Of a stretch of 64,000 nucleotides of DNA, positions 41,843 through 54,792 are shown piece after piece (within the stretch, counting starts at the first letter, position 1; each line of letters opens with the position of its first letter). Where the stretch lies: NCBI RefSeq assembly GCF_009914755.1, contig NC_060948.1. One strand, 5' to 3'. This stretch comes from the human T2T-CHM13v2.0 reference genome, Homo sapiens. The position numbers and the translations under genes are program-made. Under the pieces are notes generated by a model that worked only from the letters and a program-made list of their open reading frames with translations, was not told where the DNA came from and ran no database searches.

Positions 41843-42565
41843 CCTTTATTTTTATTTTCAAGCAATTTTGTGAGTATATAATAAGCATATATAGTTATGG
41901 GGTGCATGAGATGTTTTGATACAGCCATGCAGCATGAACTAATCACATCATGGAGAGTGGGTATCCATCCCTTTAAGCATGTTTCCTTTGTGTTACAATC
42001 CAATTAGATTCTTTTAGTTATTTTTAAATGTACAATTATTGACTAGAGTCCCCCTGTTGTGCTATCAAATAGTATGTCTTATTCATTCCTTCTGCCTATT
42101 TTTGTACCCATTACCCGTGCCCTGTCTCCCCCCCCCAGCCCCCTAGTACTTACTGTGTCCATGAGTTCAATTGTTTTGATTTTTAGATCCCACAAATAAG
42201 TGAGAACATGCAATGTCTGCCTTTCCGTGCTTGGCTTATTTCCCTTAACATAATGATACCCAGTTCCTTCCATGTTGTTGCAAATGACTGAATCCCATTC
42301 TTTTTTAGGGCTGAATAATACTCCACTGTGTGTATCTACCACATTTTCTTTAATACATTAATCTGTTGATGGACACTTAGGTTGCTTCCAAATCTTAGCT
42401 ATTGTCAACAGTGGTGCAACCAACATGGGAGTGCAGATAATTTCTTCGATATACTCATTTCTTATTTCTGGGGTATATATCCAACAGTGGGATTGCTGGA
42501 TCATTTGGCACCTCTATTTTCAGTGTTTAGAGGAACCTCCAAACTGTTCTCCACCATGGCTGTAC
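41843..42565 (-). mobile_element. L1MA 3' end, 5'-truncated, with a probable TSD
   Basis: TTTTAGATCCCACAAATAAGTGAGAACATGC, CCATGTTGTTGCAAATGAC. Flanked by CAGTAGTTCCTT (~41835) and CAGTAGTACCTT (~42566). Confidence 0.85.
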
Positions 42566-42886
42566 CAGTAGTACCTTAAAATGCAAATGCAATTGGTAAA
42601 AGAACAAGGCAGCATGTAGTGCTTGCACTTACAAATACTACCAGTTTTGTAACAATTTGCATTTTTTTGTCCTTGAAAGAGTAACCACTTACTTAATAAA
42701 ACGGATATTTAAAAGTGCAATATTCCTTCCTTTGCATGGCATGCAGGAATGGTGAAAGCAAAGAAACAGTCATCCCTTCTCTTCCCCCCACTTCTGGTCT
42801 CCCGAAATAGGAATGCCAGGTCAGACAGGTGGAGGAGGGAAATGGGGCACAGGTCAAGGTATGATGAATCTCTTAAAAAGAAATCC

Positions 42887-43198
42887 GGCCAGGTGCAGTG
42901 GCTCACGTCTGTAATCCCAGCACTTTGGGAGGCAGAGGCGGGCGGATCACGAGGTCAGGAATCGAGACCATCCTGGAGAACACGGTGAAACCCCGTCTTT
43001 ACTAAAAATACAAAAAAATTAGCCGTGTGTGGTGGCGGACGCCTGTAGTCCCAGCTACTGGGAGGCTGGGGCTCGAGAATGGCATAAACCCGAGGGGCGG
43101 AGCTTGCAGTGAGCGGAGATGGCGCCACTGCATTCCAGCCTGGGCGACAGAGCGAGACTCCTTCCCCCCACCGACAAAAAAAAAAAAAAAAAAAAAAA
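42887..43198 (+). mobile_element. AluY-like
   Basis: GGCGGATCACGAGGTCAGG, GAATGGCATAAACCCG, GCGGAGCTTGCAGTGAGC, long A tail. Confidence 0.9.
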
Positions 43199-43374
43199 TA
43201 CCGCTTTCCCCAGAATGCTAGCCTGATAGGAACTCCACCCCATCCATTCCAACCTAGTAAGGATAGTTTAGTTAGTCTTTTCTGGTCTCACTTCCTTACA
43301 TCTAGTGTTCTTTTTTTGTTTCTGTTATTAAATTTCGAAGACAAACCTTAGCATTTTCTAAAAGAAATTATTTT

Positions 43375-44690
43375 TTACCTAAATACATTGGACTTTGGTC
43401 TTAATTTGAAGGAATAGGATAAGTGGACTTTAAGAGAGCGTTCCTACTCCTTCTCTTCCAGTGGCTGCTCTGGGTCCCTGAAAGAGGGTGTGATGTGAAC
43501 CATCTGGGTTGTGAAGTGGATTTTGTTGAGCCTGTTTTTTAAGTCCATTAGTCCTGCCCGAGGTTGTGCGCCCTGGAATCCTTGGCTTCACGTCTGGACC
43601 ACCTTCAGCCAAGTGGTGATGGTGGAGAGGGTCCCCCCATCTTCCAGGACGTGTGAGAGTTTGTAGGTGGTGAGATGGAGGGGGCAGCTTTTAAGTCTTC
43701 CAGTACCCACCCCCGCTGCTGGCGGTGCTCTCCCCATCGTCCTTGTCCAGGACTCCCATCAGGGTCTCAATCTCTTCTGTGATGCTCTGACTCACATGCT
43801 GGGAGGCCCTTTTCCCAATGTAGTCCCTGATGTCCACATCGGCGTCCCATGTCCCCACTAGCAGCTTCACCATCTCCAAGGTACATGGCTGCCAAGTGCA
43901 GGGTGGTGTAGCTCTGGCCTTGCTGTTCCCAGGCAGCAGAGGCTCATTGGGGAAGTTGACCAGCATGGCCAGAAGCTCCAGCCTGCAGTGCTAGGTGCCT
44001 GCGCAGGCAGGTGAGGCTGTGATGAAGCCCAGAGTGGCCAGCAGGCCGGCTGGCACGGGGGCAACCCCCTAAGCTGTCCATTCCCCATTGGAGGCCGAGA
44101 GCAGCCAGCCGTGCTCCCTGGTCCAGCTCACCCAGCCCCACAGCTCTCCTCCGCGGATGGGAAAGCCAGCGCTGCACCGCCAGAGTCACTCTTCTCTGCG
44201 GTGTCCTCGGAGGAGGAGCTCCCAGGCTGCTGCCTCCAGGACACAGGTTCTTCTTCAAGGGCAGGGCACTGCACCTTCCCAAGTCGCTCAAGTTCTGGCG
44301 GAATGGCCTCGGGGCGGTAGCCCCCCAGGAGCTGCCCCTGTCCGCCTCCTGGCAACCGTGGGGCGGGGGCTCCAGGTCATCGCTGGTCTGAGGCCCCGCA
44401 TCTGGGGTAGGGGCTGGTGGAGCCGGCGAGGTCTTCCTGCGTCCCCGCCGCTCAGGGCGGCCCGTGCAGGGGCTGGGCTCCCCCTTGCCCAGCTCGGCCC
44501 TGCCTGTGGAGCACATTGGGGACCGCTGTTTCAGGGAGGGGATGGTGAATGCTCCGCTCCGCTTTCACGTGGACACGGGACAGGTCCCAGGGGCGTGGCC
44601 TCAGGCGGAGGCCCCGCCAGAACCTCTTCCTGAGACGCAGGTACTGGGCGCCAACGGCGGGGTCCGTGCAGTGGCCACAGAGTTCACCCG
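43375..44690 (-). pseudogene. SOWAHCP: SOWAHC (ANKRD57) pseudogene CDS, 5'-truncated, with multiple frameshifts
   Basis: Peptides VNSVAT...AQYLRLRKRF, SDDLEPPPHGCQEADRGSS, MLVNF, VKLLVGTWDADVDIRDYIGKRASQ and the terminal LRPKSNVF match SOWAHC as I recall it. Confidence 0.9.
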
Positions 44691-45506
44691 GGGATACATT
44701 TAAACAGTTTTATTCTCCTGTTTTTTATTTTTTCATTCCAGAAACCATTACTACTATGCAACAAAGTAAAAATATCTAGTTTAAATAATAATTTGATACG
44801 GTCAGGTGGGGATGAGTGCACACGTGTGTGTACACACACACGCAGGCTCTAAATGGGATATTTTGGCGGAGCAGAGGGATAAGGCTTTTATTTCGTTGGT
44901 GTGTTGAGTTAGAATCGCCCTTGTCACAATTAATTAATTTAAATCAGGAGTTTTATTAAAGCTAATTTGTACAACTAGGCAACATCTTTTCTCCATATAT
45001 TTATACACATATACACATCTCTAATGTTTGCATTTATTACTTCATCTAAAAGAGCTTGGAAAAAGGGTCCTAAGTCTTGGCTAGTTAAGGTAAAAATCTA
45101 TATTTTAAGGTAATAAAAACGTTTGCTACGGACAGAGACATGCAGACACTGTGGGTGAAGCTGATTCATGTTCCACTGAAGGAAATGACATGGGGTTTTC
45201 TAAGGGAAAGCCCAGCATGCTGCAAGGAGAGGGGAGGTCCCAGGAGGGAATTGGAGTCAGCATTAGGATCTAAGTGTCACAGGGTAGTGTGTTCCCAAAA
45301 AAGACTGACTGTTTCTGTGTCCATCCTGAACTGGTTACCATGATTGTGTGTGTGAGTGTGTGTGTGTGTGTGTGTGTGAATTAAAAGAGGAGTTACATGC
45401 TGGGGCATTTCTGGTATCTCAACTGGCATCTCAGCTGCTGGTGATGATGGCTATACATTTTCCTCAGTATTCAATGTGCGTATTTTGAGTTAACAGTCCA
45501 CCCATT

Positions 45507-45753
45507 GGCTGAGGCAGGTGGATCACCTGAGGTGAAGAGTTCGAGACCAGCCTGGCCAATATGTGAAACTCTGTCTCTACTAAAAATACAAAAATTAGCC
45601 AGGCATGGTTGCAGCACCTGTAATCCCAGCTACTCGGGAGGCCAAGACAGGAGAATTGCTTGAATCCAGGAGACAGAATTTGCAGTGAGCTGAGATGGAC
45701 CACTGCACTCCAGCTTGGGCAGCAGAGTGAGACTTGGTCTAAAAAAAAAAAAA
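45507..45753 (+). mobile_element. AluS, 5'-truncated
   Basis: GGCTGAGGCAGGTGGATCACCTGAGG...CACTGCACTCCAGC, then A tail. Confidence 0.9.
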
Positions 45754-45811
45754 GTTATTGTGACATGCTGTACACATTCACAAATTCAGTGTCTCCCAGA
45801 AGTCTGAGATT

Positions 45812-46315
<504 letters not shown>

Positions 46316-46429
46316 TGAAAGACAATTTTACTACCCAAATCACCCTTCTATAAAAAATAATAGAAGATGTCAAATATGAAAATAAAACTGTCCTCTGGGC
46401 CCTCAATTTTCTGTGTTATTGGGAAGGCA

Positions 46430-47110
46430 GACAGCTACTCAGCAGTTATATCCCATAACAATGGATAACACTAAAACAACTGACAGCATCAAGTATTGGT
46501 TAAAAAGTGGAACTGATTCTCTCAAACATTTTCATTGTAGTTTAAGATGGCACAACCACTTAGGAAAATGTCTCCCTATTTCATACAATGCCAAATATAT
46601 ACTTATTTTATAACCCAGAAAATCCACTCTTATGTACGTAAACTCAAGAATAGTGAAAATATTATTACAGAAAAATGTGTATATCTGATTTTTTCGTAGC
46701 AGGTTTATTCATGATAGCCTCAAATCAGAAACTGCTTTTGTGTCTATCAATAGTGGAGTGGATTATAAACAAAACAAGCAAAGGCCTCAAACCTGTGGTA
46801 TAGTCATAAAATTGAGTATTACAAAATAAAATTAATGAATAATCAATAGGAGCAAAATGATGTCACAAGCATGTTTAGTGAATGAACATAAAAATTATAT
46901 AATTTATAGTTTCACTTATGTAAATGGTGAAAACAGAAAAAACTATCCTTTTGTGGAAAGAATCAAAACCATGGAAGCCTCTGTGGTCAAATACTGAATG
47001 GAAATGGGCATGAGAAAACGTGTTTCTGCCAGATCTTCTATATGCCTGATGTACATTCACTCGATGTATTTTGCATATACTATTTTTGCAAATAAAACTG
47101 AGATAGACGC
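46430..47110 (+). mobile_element. Highly diverged L1M (L1MC/L1ME) 3' region
   Basis: AACTGACAGCATCAAGTATTGG, CACAACCACTTAGGAAAA, ACCCAGAAAATCCACTC, TTATTCATGATAGCC. Confidence 0.6.
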
Positions 47111-48379
47111 AAAATAACTCAAGAGAAAATAGCTAGAAATAGGTAGAATTGTGATAGAAGCCTTGGAAGCTCCCCCCTACCTTGCTCACCTGGCACAGGC
47201 CGAGGAAGCCCTGGGACAATGCTGTGAGCGATCTGAGGGCCTTCCAGGGGAGCCCCGCCAGCCCATGCTGGTGCCCGAGCTTCCCGCCGCCATCTGAATA
47301 TGTTGCAAAGACAGTGCTGGCCTGGCAACCGGTGACGCTCCATGCCCCACCCTGACCCCCACTTCTACCCAAGTAGCGGCAACCCCAGAGACAGATGCCT
47401 GGGCAGCAGCGGCTAAGTCTGGTAGTTGGCCATGCGGCCAAAGGACGGGAACTGGCCGTTCACCCCATCCCAGTTTCCACGGAGAACTCAACCACCATGG
47501 CCCCTGAACGGACCCTCAGGCCTGGGCTGTGCTCTGTGCCTGCAAACCTGACTCCATCCAGGGGAGCTCCGCCTTCCCACGCCAGCGCCTCAGCTGCTGC
47601 AGAAAACTGCAAAACTGCAAGTTGCACACAGGCAGAGATGACGGAGCAACCCCTGACCCTCCGTGCCACTCACCCTACCCGCACACACACCTGCCACGCG
47701 GACCCTGAGGCCAGTGCCTGGGCGCCCAAGTCAGGCAGTCCGCACAGCAGTGGCACCAGGGTGAAAACCTGCTGCTCAATACCATCCTGGTTACCACGAA
47801 GAGCCAGCCCTGGTGGCCCCTGAGTTCTTGGAGGAGGCCAAATCACAGCAACCCCTCAAGTGGGAGGGCGATGCACTTGACCCTGAGGACATCAGGTACC
47901 AGGCCCGCCAGCTGACGCCGGCATCGGAGCCGCAGCTGCAGTCTAGACGTGGTGCACTGGCAGTAAGTGACTGGACACCCCAGACCAGGCCCGCCCCCCA
48001 GTAGCGTGGATCCTGAGGCCAGACCCCCAGGCAGCAAAATCAGGCGATGGGTCCCGCCAGCAGCCGTTCAGTTTCATCCATGTGGATACAGAGTGCCCAG
48101 CGCCCGGGCCCAGGATCCAGAGAGATGTCCAAGAAGAGCGGAACTTGAGGCCAGGTGGGCTGTGTGCTCTGCGACCCTGAGGCCATCCAAGGGAAGCTCC
48201 GCCGTCCCATGCCAGTGCCAGATCTGCAGCTGCAAACTGCGCGTGGGGCACTGGCAGCAGTGAGGGCTGCTGGGGGAAGGAGCAGCCCCTTACTCTGCCT
48301 CCATGCCTCTCCAGCTACCTGACACTAGCCACACAGACTCCAGGACCAGAGCCTCAGCGTGAAGCCGGGCCATGTGCGA

Positions 48380-49290
48380 AGCCACCCAGGTGGCCGCGGA
48401 GTGCCCTTGCTAGCACCCTATCTCCGTTCTGAGGAGGAGCGGGGCGGGCTGCAAGGCCAGACAGGCCCTCCTTCTCAGGCCGGGCTGGCGGCGCTCCTGT
48501 GATCCTGGGGACGCCCGGGCGATCCCAAGAGGACCTGCGAGCCCATCGGCGCCCGCCCAGAGCTGCAGCCCCACCTGCCGGCGCGCGCCACCAGGGAAGG
48601 GCTTCAGGGAGCCGGGCAGCAACCGCAGTGCAGGCGGGCGCCCAACGGCTTTGCGAGGCTCACTTGGTCTGAGAGGTCGGAGGCTGCGAGTGTCGCTGCT
48701 GAAAGCTGTGGTGGACCGGGCTGGATCGCGGACTGTGGAGTAGATCACAGATTTGGGATCGCGGATTGGGGGTTGATCGCGGATTTGGGGTTGGATCAGG
48801 GATTTGGGGTTGGATAGGGGATTTGGGGCTGGGTCGGCCGGGGTCGGGGGAGGGGGTGGGTGAAAAGGTGACAGGGAGGTCGGCCGGGGTTGGGGGAGGG
48901 GGGTGGTGAAAAGGTGACAGGGAGCTGCCCCCGCTCAAGAGCCAGAGGTTGGGGGTCTGAGAAGTCACCACTATGAAGTTATTCGGCTTCGGGAGCTGCA
49001 GGGGCCAGAGGGCCCACGGCTCCATAGAACATGTCTACATGGGTTCCGGATACCGAATCCGGGACTCCGAACTGCAGAAGATCCACAGGGCAGCTGTCAA
49101 GGGCGACGCCGCGGGGGTGGAGCGCTGCCTGGCGCGCAGGAGCGGAGGCCTGGATGCCCTGGACAAGCAGCACAGGTAGCGGGGACTCAGCCCGGGGTGG
49201 GAGGGGGTCCCCAGGCCCGGCTTCCCCACTGCCCCTGGGATGGGGCCTTTCAGCGCTCTGGGCACCCTCAGAGCGGCGGAGCCAAACGGA
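48380..49290 (+). promoter_or_regulatory. CpG island / ANKRD20A-type promoter with short G-rich tandem repeats
   Basis: Dense CpG around the ANKRD20A exon. ~20-bp GGATTTGGGG(G)TTGGATC repeats at 48745-48830 and a ~47-bp tandem duplication at 48832-48925. Confidence 0.75.
48973..49175 (+). pseudogene. ANKRD20A: ANKRD20A-family exon 1; no downstream exons in the window
   Basis: MKLFGFGSCRGQRAHGSIEHVYMGSGYRIRDSELQKIHRAAVKGDAAGVERCLARRSGGLDALDKQH with a CAG|GTAG donor. The exon-2 peptide (TALHLACASGH) is not found. Confidence 0.92.
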
Positions 49291-49532
49291 CTCTCAGCTG
49301 TTTTCCATCCCTCATAATTCCATGGCTGGAGCAGTTGGAGAATTTGAGTTATTTAACTCACAAAGTTCAGCATACACAGTGTTGTTATTTTTAACGTACA
49401 CGTTGAAAACATGGTTTATATACATTATAGGAGGTACCTAATGAGAGAACTCATTCCCCTATCAAAAATACCGTGAGTTATTTCAGTAGGCAAAAAGTTC
49501 TCAGATAAGAGAGCTTACCTGAAAAATATTTA

Positions 49533-50013
<481 letters not shown>

Positions 50014-51564
50014 TGATACGTATACATATATACCAGATATAATCTGTCATATATATCAGTTATATACACACATTAGATGAAAAGTACATTTTCATTTGAC
50101 AGGGAATTCTTTCAAATCAAATCATCAAACACTCTAAAATTGGGCAAAGTACACTTTTCCAGATCTGCAAGTTACTTGTGTACATAAGAAAAAGTCCTTC
50201 GCATTTCTGGTATAAGAATTTAAATAAAAGAGGAATGAAACAGTTTTCTATCCACAATATTTGTGAGGATGTTTTATACTCCTGGTTAAAGTTTAAGTTG
50301 CTGATTACTTTTCAAATAGATAATTTGGTGGTAAATACTACAATTAAAAAATACGTATGCCCTTTACCCATCAATTCCATTACACTAAAGCACCCTTAGG
50401 AAATAAAGATACATGCACTTTATTTTTCACCTCACTTATTTTAAAAAGAACCCAAAGAATGGATCCTATAAATAAACTTCAGTTGCATCCACAGGATGGA
50501 ATAATATGTGACCATTGAAGGTGGCAATAGATACAGAAGTATATTGATGTGCAAAGATGTATTTTGTTATAGCTAGTGAGAAAAAGATCAATTAAATTGT
50601 ACATACAAACATACTATGGTCTTGTTTTATCAAAAAATATGTACAAAATATAAAATTTGTAATTTCTGAGCATTTGTATTTTAAGTAAAGTTCTTTTCCT
50701 TTTTCTTATCTGTGATTGCTGCAGTGAGCATGTACAAAACTTCTAGTAAAGTTTATTAATAAAGGAATAATCCTTGGGAAGACAGGAATATGAATCTTAC
50801 AATATTAAAAATAATTTCTCACTTTCTATTTTTTATCATTGAGTGTATTGTTATCTTCTTTGAACTTTTAGCCTCTTCAGAAGTAAAAAGGGAATATTTT
50901 TATCTGTTTCCAGATTTTATTATCTATATATTTTATTACGTACATATGTTTTTCTTATGTATTCATTCAATTTATGCAAACAATGATAGATTAATCATTT
51001 CATTTTAATTGTATTCTTAAAAATAACATTTAAATACTACTATTGCAAAAATATTGCTTTATAGGAGTTTATTTAAAAATATTGAACTCCCCAACTGTAT
51101 TTATCCATTCTTTCATTCCATTTATTCATCAAACATAACCTGAGTACCTGTTATGTAGCAGACATATTCTGCTATCTCTCAGGCCCCTTCTATCCTTAAA
51201 AACTTCATGTTTACCTGCCCTGCCTGCACAAGCTGAGAGATTTAAAATAGGAATATTGGGACTGAATCTCCTTGAAACTTTGTCACCCAGCTTTCAAACA
51301 AAAGCATTTCTGAAGTTAGAAAATAGTAGAAGATAAGCTTTAACTGCCCACTCAAAAGTTTATCAGTCTTAAATACTAATATTAATCATGGGAATGTCTT
51401 ATTTGCATATATTCTGTAAGCATAAATATTGAATAAAATGAGCCATATGTATTCATTTGAATCATGAGTTTCCTTTGTCTTCAATTTGTTTGAAAATCAA
51501 GGAATTAATTTGTTTGAAAAATGCATTATTATTATTTCAGTGTTCTATCCCCATAGTACCTTTA

Positions 51565-53632
51565 AGCAGGCAGACAAGCCAGCAACCTCACCCACTCAAG
51601 GAAGCCCAGATGGCCAGGTTCCAACAGCATGAGTAGCTGCCACCTGATGGCTGATGGAGCAAAGTCCTGAGGAAAAGCAGATGGCACTGGGGCCCTAAAT
51701 CTAGGGCAGAAGAACTGATGTACTGTGACTGGCAGCATGTGAGGTTGGTGATTGGCCCACCTGTTCCTGGCACACCCTTGCAGAGGTGGCTGGTTGCTCT
51801 TTGAGCCAGCTTGGCCTTGCCTGGCATGCACAAGCCTCGGTGCAACAACCGTGCTACAAATGGAGCCATATATAGGAAAGGAGCAGGAGGCTCAGGAGCA
51901 GGGTGTGCACTGCCTTTGGGGCTCCAGTGCATGCCTCAGGGCTCCTATGGCACTGCAGGCTTCTTTGTTGCCAAGAGGCAGACCACAGGCCATCTTGAGG
52001 AAGACTTTATGTACAAGTGCAGAAAGCAGCCAGGATTACCACCTTACCACCCAGGGGACTCGGTCTTCTGTGGTCCTGGCCTGACAGAATTTGTCCCAAG
52101 GCAGGACAAGGTCACTCCGAGCAGTGTGTCAGTAGGTGGGGCCTCTGCATGCGAGGCAAGGCCAAGCTGGCTCAAAGAGCAAGTAGCCACCTCTGCAAGG
52201 GTGTGCCTGGAGCAGGTAGACCAGCCACCAACCTCACCCACTGAAAGAAGCCAGGATGGCCAGGTTTCCACAGCCTGAATGGCTGCCTCCTGATGGCTGA
52301 TGGAGCAGAGGCCTGAGGAAAAGCAGATGGCATATTTAACTCTTTAATCCATCTTAAGATAATTTTTGTATAAAGCAGATGGCACCAGTCCATGCCTCAG
52401 GGCTCATATGGCACTGTAAGCCACAGAAGGGTGAGTCCCCAGGGTGGTAATCCTGCCTGCTTTCTGCATTGAACATAAAGTCCTCCTCAAGATGGCCTGT
52501 GGTCTGCCTCTTGGCCCCACCTTTAGGGTAGAAGAACTGTTGTACCACGTCTGGCAGTGAGTGAGGTTGGCGGCTGGTCCATCTGCTCCTGGCACACCCT
52601 TGCAGAGGTGGCTGCTTGCTCTTTGAGCCAGCTTGGCCTTGCTGGGCAAGCACAAGCCTCGCTGCAACAAGTGTGCTACAAATGGAGCCATATTGAGGAA
52701 ATGATCAGCAGGCTCAGGAACGGGGCGTGCACTGCCTTTGTGGCTCCAGTCCATGCCTCAGGGCTCATATGGCACTGTAGGTTTCTTGGTCGCCAACAGG
52801 CAGACCACAGGCTTTCTTGAGGAGGACTTTATGTTCAAGTGCAGAAAGCAGCCAAGATTAGCACCCAGGGGACTGGGCCTTCTGTGGCCCTGGCCAGACT
52901 TAGAATTTGACCCAAGGCAGGACAAGCTGACTCGGAGCAGAGTGTCAGTACCTGGGGCCTATGCATGCCAGGCAAGGCCAAGCTGGCTCAGAGCAACTAG
53001 CCACATCTGCAAGGCTGCACCTGTAGCAGGCAGACAAGCCAGCAACCTCAGCTACTCAAGGAAGGAGGGATGACCAGGTTCCCACAGCCTAAGTGGTTGC
53101 CACCTGATGACTGATAGAGCAGAGGCCTGAGGAAAAGCATATGGCACTGGGGCCCTACCTCTAGGGTAGAAGAACTGATGTAAGCTGACCGGCAGCAAGT
53201 GAGGTTGGTGGCCGGTCCACCGGCTCCTGGCACAACCTTGCAGAGGTGGCCGGTTGCTTTTTGAGCCAGCTTGGCCTTGCCCGGCATGCATAATTCTGTG
53301 CAACAACTGTGACACAAATGGAGCCACACAGAGAAAATGAGCAGCAGGCTCAGGAACAGGGTGTGTGCTTCCTCAGGGGCTCCAGTCCATGCCTAAGGGT
53401 TCATATGGCACTGTGGGCTTCTTGGTTGCAAAGAGGTAGACCACAGGCCATCTTCAGGAGGTCTTTATGTGGAAGTGCAGAAAGCAGCCAGGATTACCAC
53501 CCGTGGGACTCGGCCTTTTGTGGCCCTGGCCTGACAGAATTTGGCCCAAGGCAGGACAAGCTCACTCGGAGCAACATGTCAGAACCTGGGGCCGTGCATG
53601 TCAGGCAAGGCCAAGTTGGCTTAAAGAGCACC
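51565..53632. repeat. Complex scrambled repeat: ~3 diverged units with a ~92-bp module in alternating orientation and SNX18-derived pieces
   Basis: Module CCTTGCAGAGGTGGC..GAGCCAGCTTGGCCTTGC at 51739, 52561 and 53199; its reverse complement at 52146, 52961 and 53594. Repeated GHLEEDFM-coding piece. Confidence 0.85.
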
Positions 53633-53639
53633 CAGAGCA

Positions 53640-54410
53640 TCCATTCTGGTGGATGAGCCAACCAATGGCCAGCTTCTGGGTGTGGGCACAGTGCCACATC
53701 TTCCATCGCTTTCTGACGTATCCCACCAACACTGAAGCGACAGCCTGGAGAGAGTGCAAGAGGAAGGCTGAGAAGGATGAGATAGTGAGTGCGGGCTTCT
53801 TTCCAACCCTCAGCACACCCCCAGGTGGTGACCATCAACCTTTAGGGGTGGGAGAGCAAGACTGATGGCTTCAAATGCTTCCCCAAGAAGATGGACACAG
53901 GCCACTCAGCTCATCCTTACAGCCAATGTGTTGACAAGCAAGCAGATGACAGTGACAGGCTTTTGGAAAGAGCATCAGAAGGTGGCCAGTTTTTCTTCAG
54001 CCTCAGCCAGGCCTTGGAACTTGACTAGGCCATCCACTTCACCAGAGATGCCTTCAAGAACATCAGTAAGCTCTTTGCCAATGAGTCCAGGAAGGACCTG
54101 GACCCAGCCATGGACTTGTTATTGCTGTCTCAGGGACACCAGACCAACATCCTGGACATCATCCTCATACACAAGGAAGCTCTTACCAAAGTCACGGAGA
54201 ACAGGCAACAGGTGGCAGAAGGGAAGACAGAGGTGCAGAGGCTGATGGCATCATCATCACAGGAATGGGATTTCTTTGGCCACTTTGGCTGAAATTCACC
54301 ACTTCCATCCAATTCACTCAAGTGAGAGACTTGAAATCACAGATGGACCATTTCTTGCAACAAGAGATACTATTTTTTCAAAAAGTCACCTAAAATTTGA
54401 TAGTGTTGAA
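53640..54410 (+). pseudogene. SNX18P: SNX18 processed pseudogene (end of PX domain and BAR domain); 3' UTR-like sequence probably continues to ~54790
   Basis: [100 protein letters not shown] and TLAEIHHFH. Intronless, frameshifted. Confidence 0.9.
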
Positions 54411-54792
54411 TGACTAGCTATTTTATTGTGGACTTTTTCCAGTTCACAGGTACTTTCTACAGCAGAATGATAACAGTATCAAAGAGCTAGTGCCAGCTAT
54501 CGGTGGTAGTACAAGGATGACTTTGTGCTCAACTGAAACCCAGCTGAATATAGAACTGTGTAGGAAAGTGTTAATATGGTGATAGAATAGAAACAGTAGC
54601 AAATGAACTAAATCATACTATGAATGCCTACACTACCATTATAACTTTTTGAAGAATGATAATACCACTTACTTTATTGCCTTTTGAAGTAGGAATATTT
54701 TAGTGGATGTGCTATAGACCTGAAACCCTATAAAGAATCCCAAAGAAGCTGGCTGGATAAAGCCTGCTATGGATGTCTTTATACTCAAAGAC

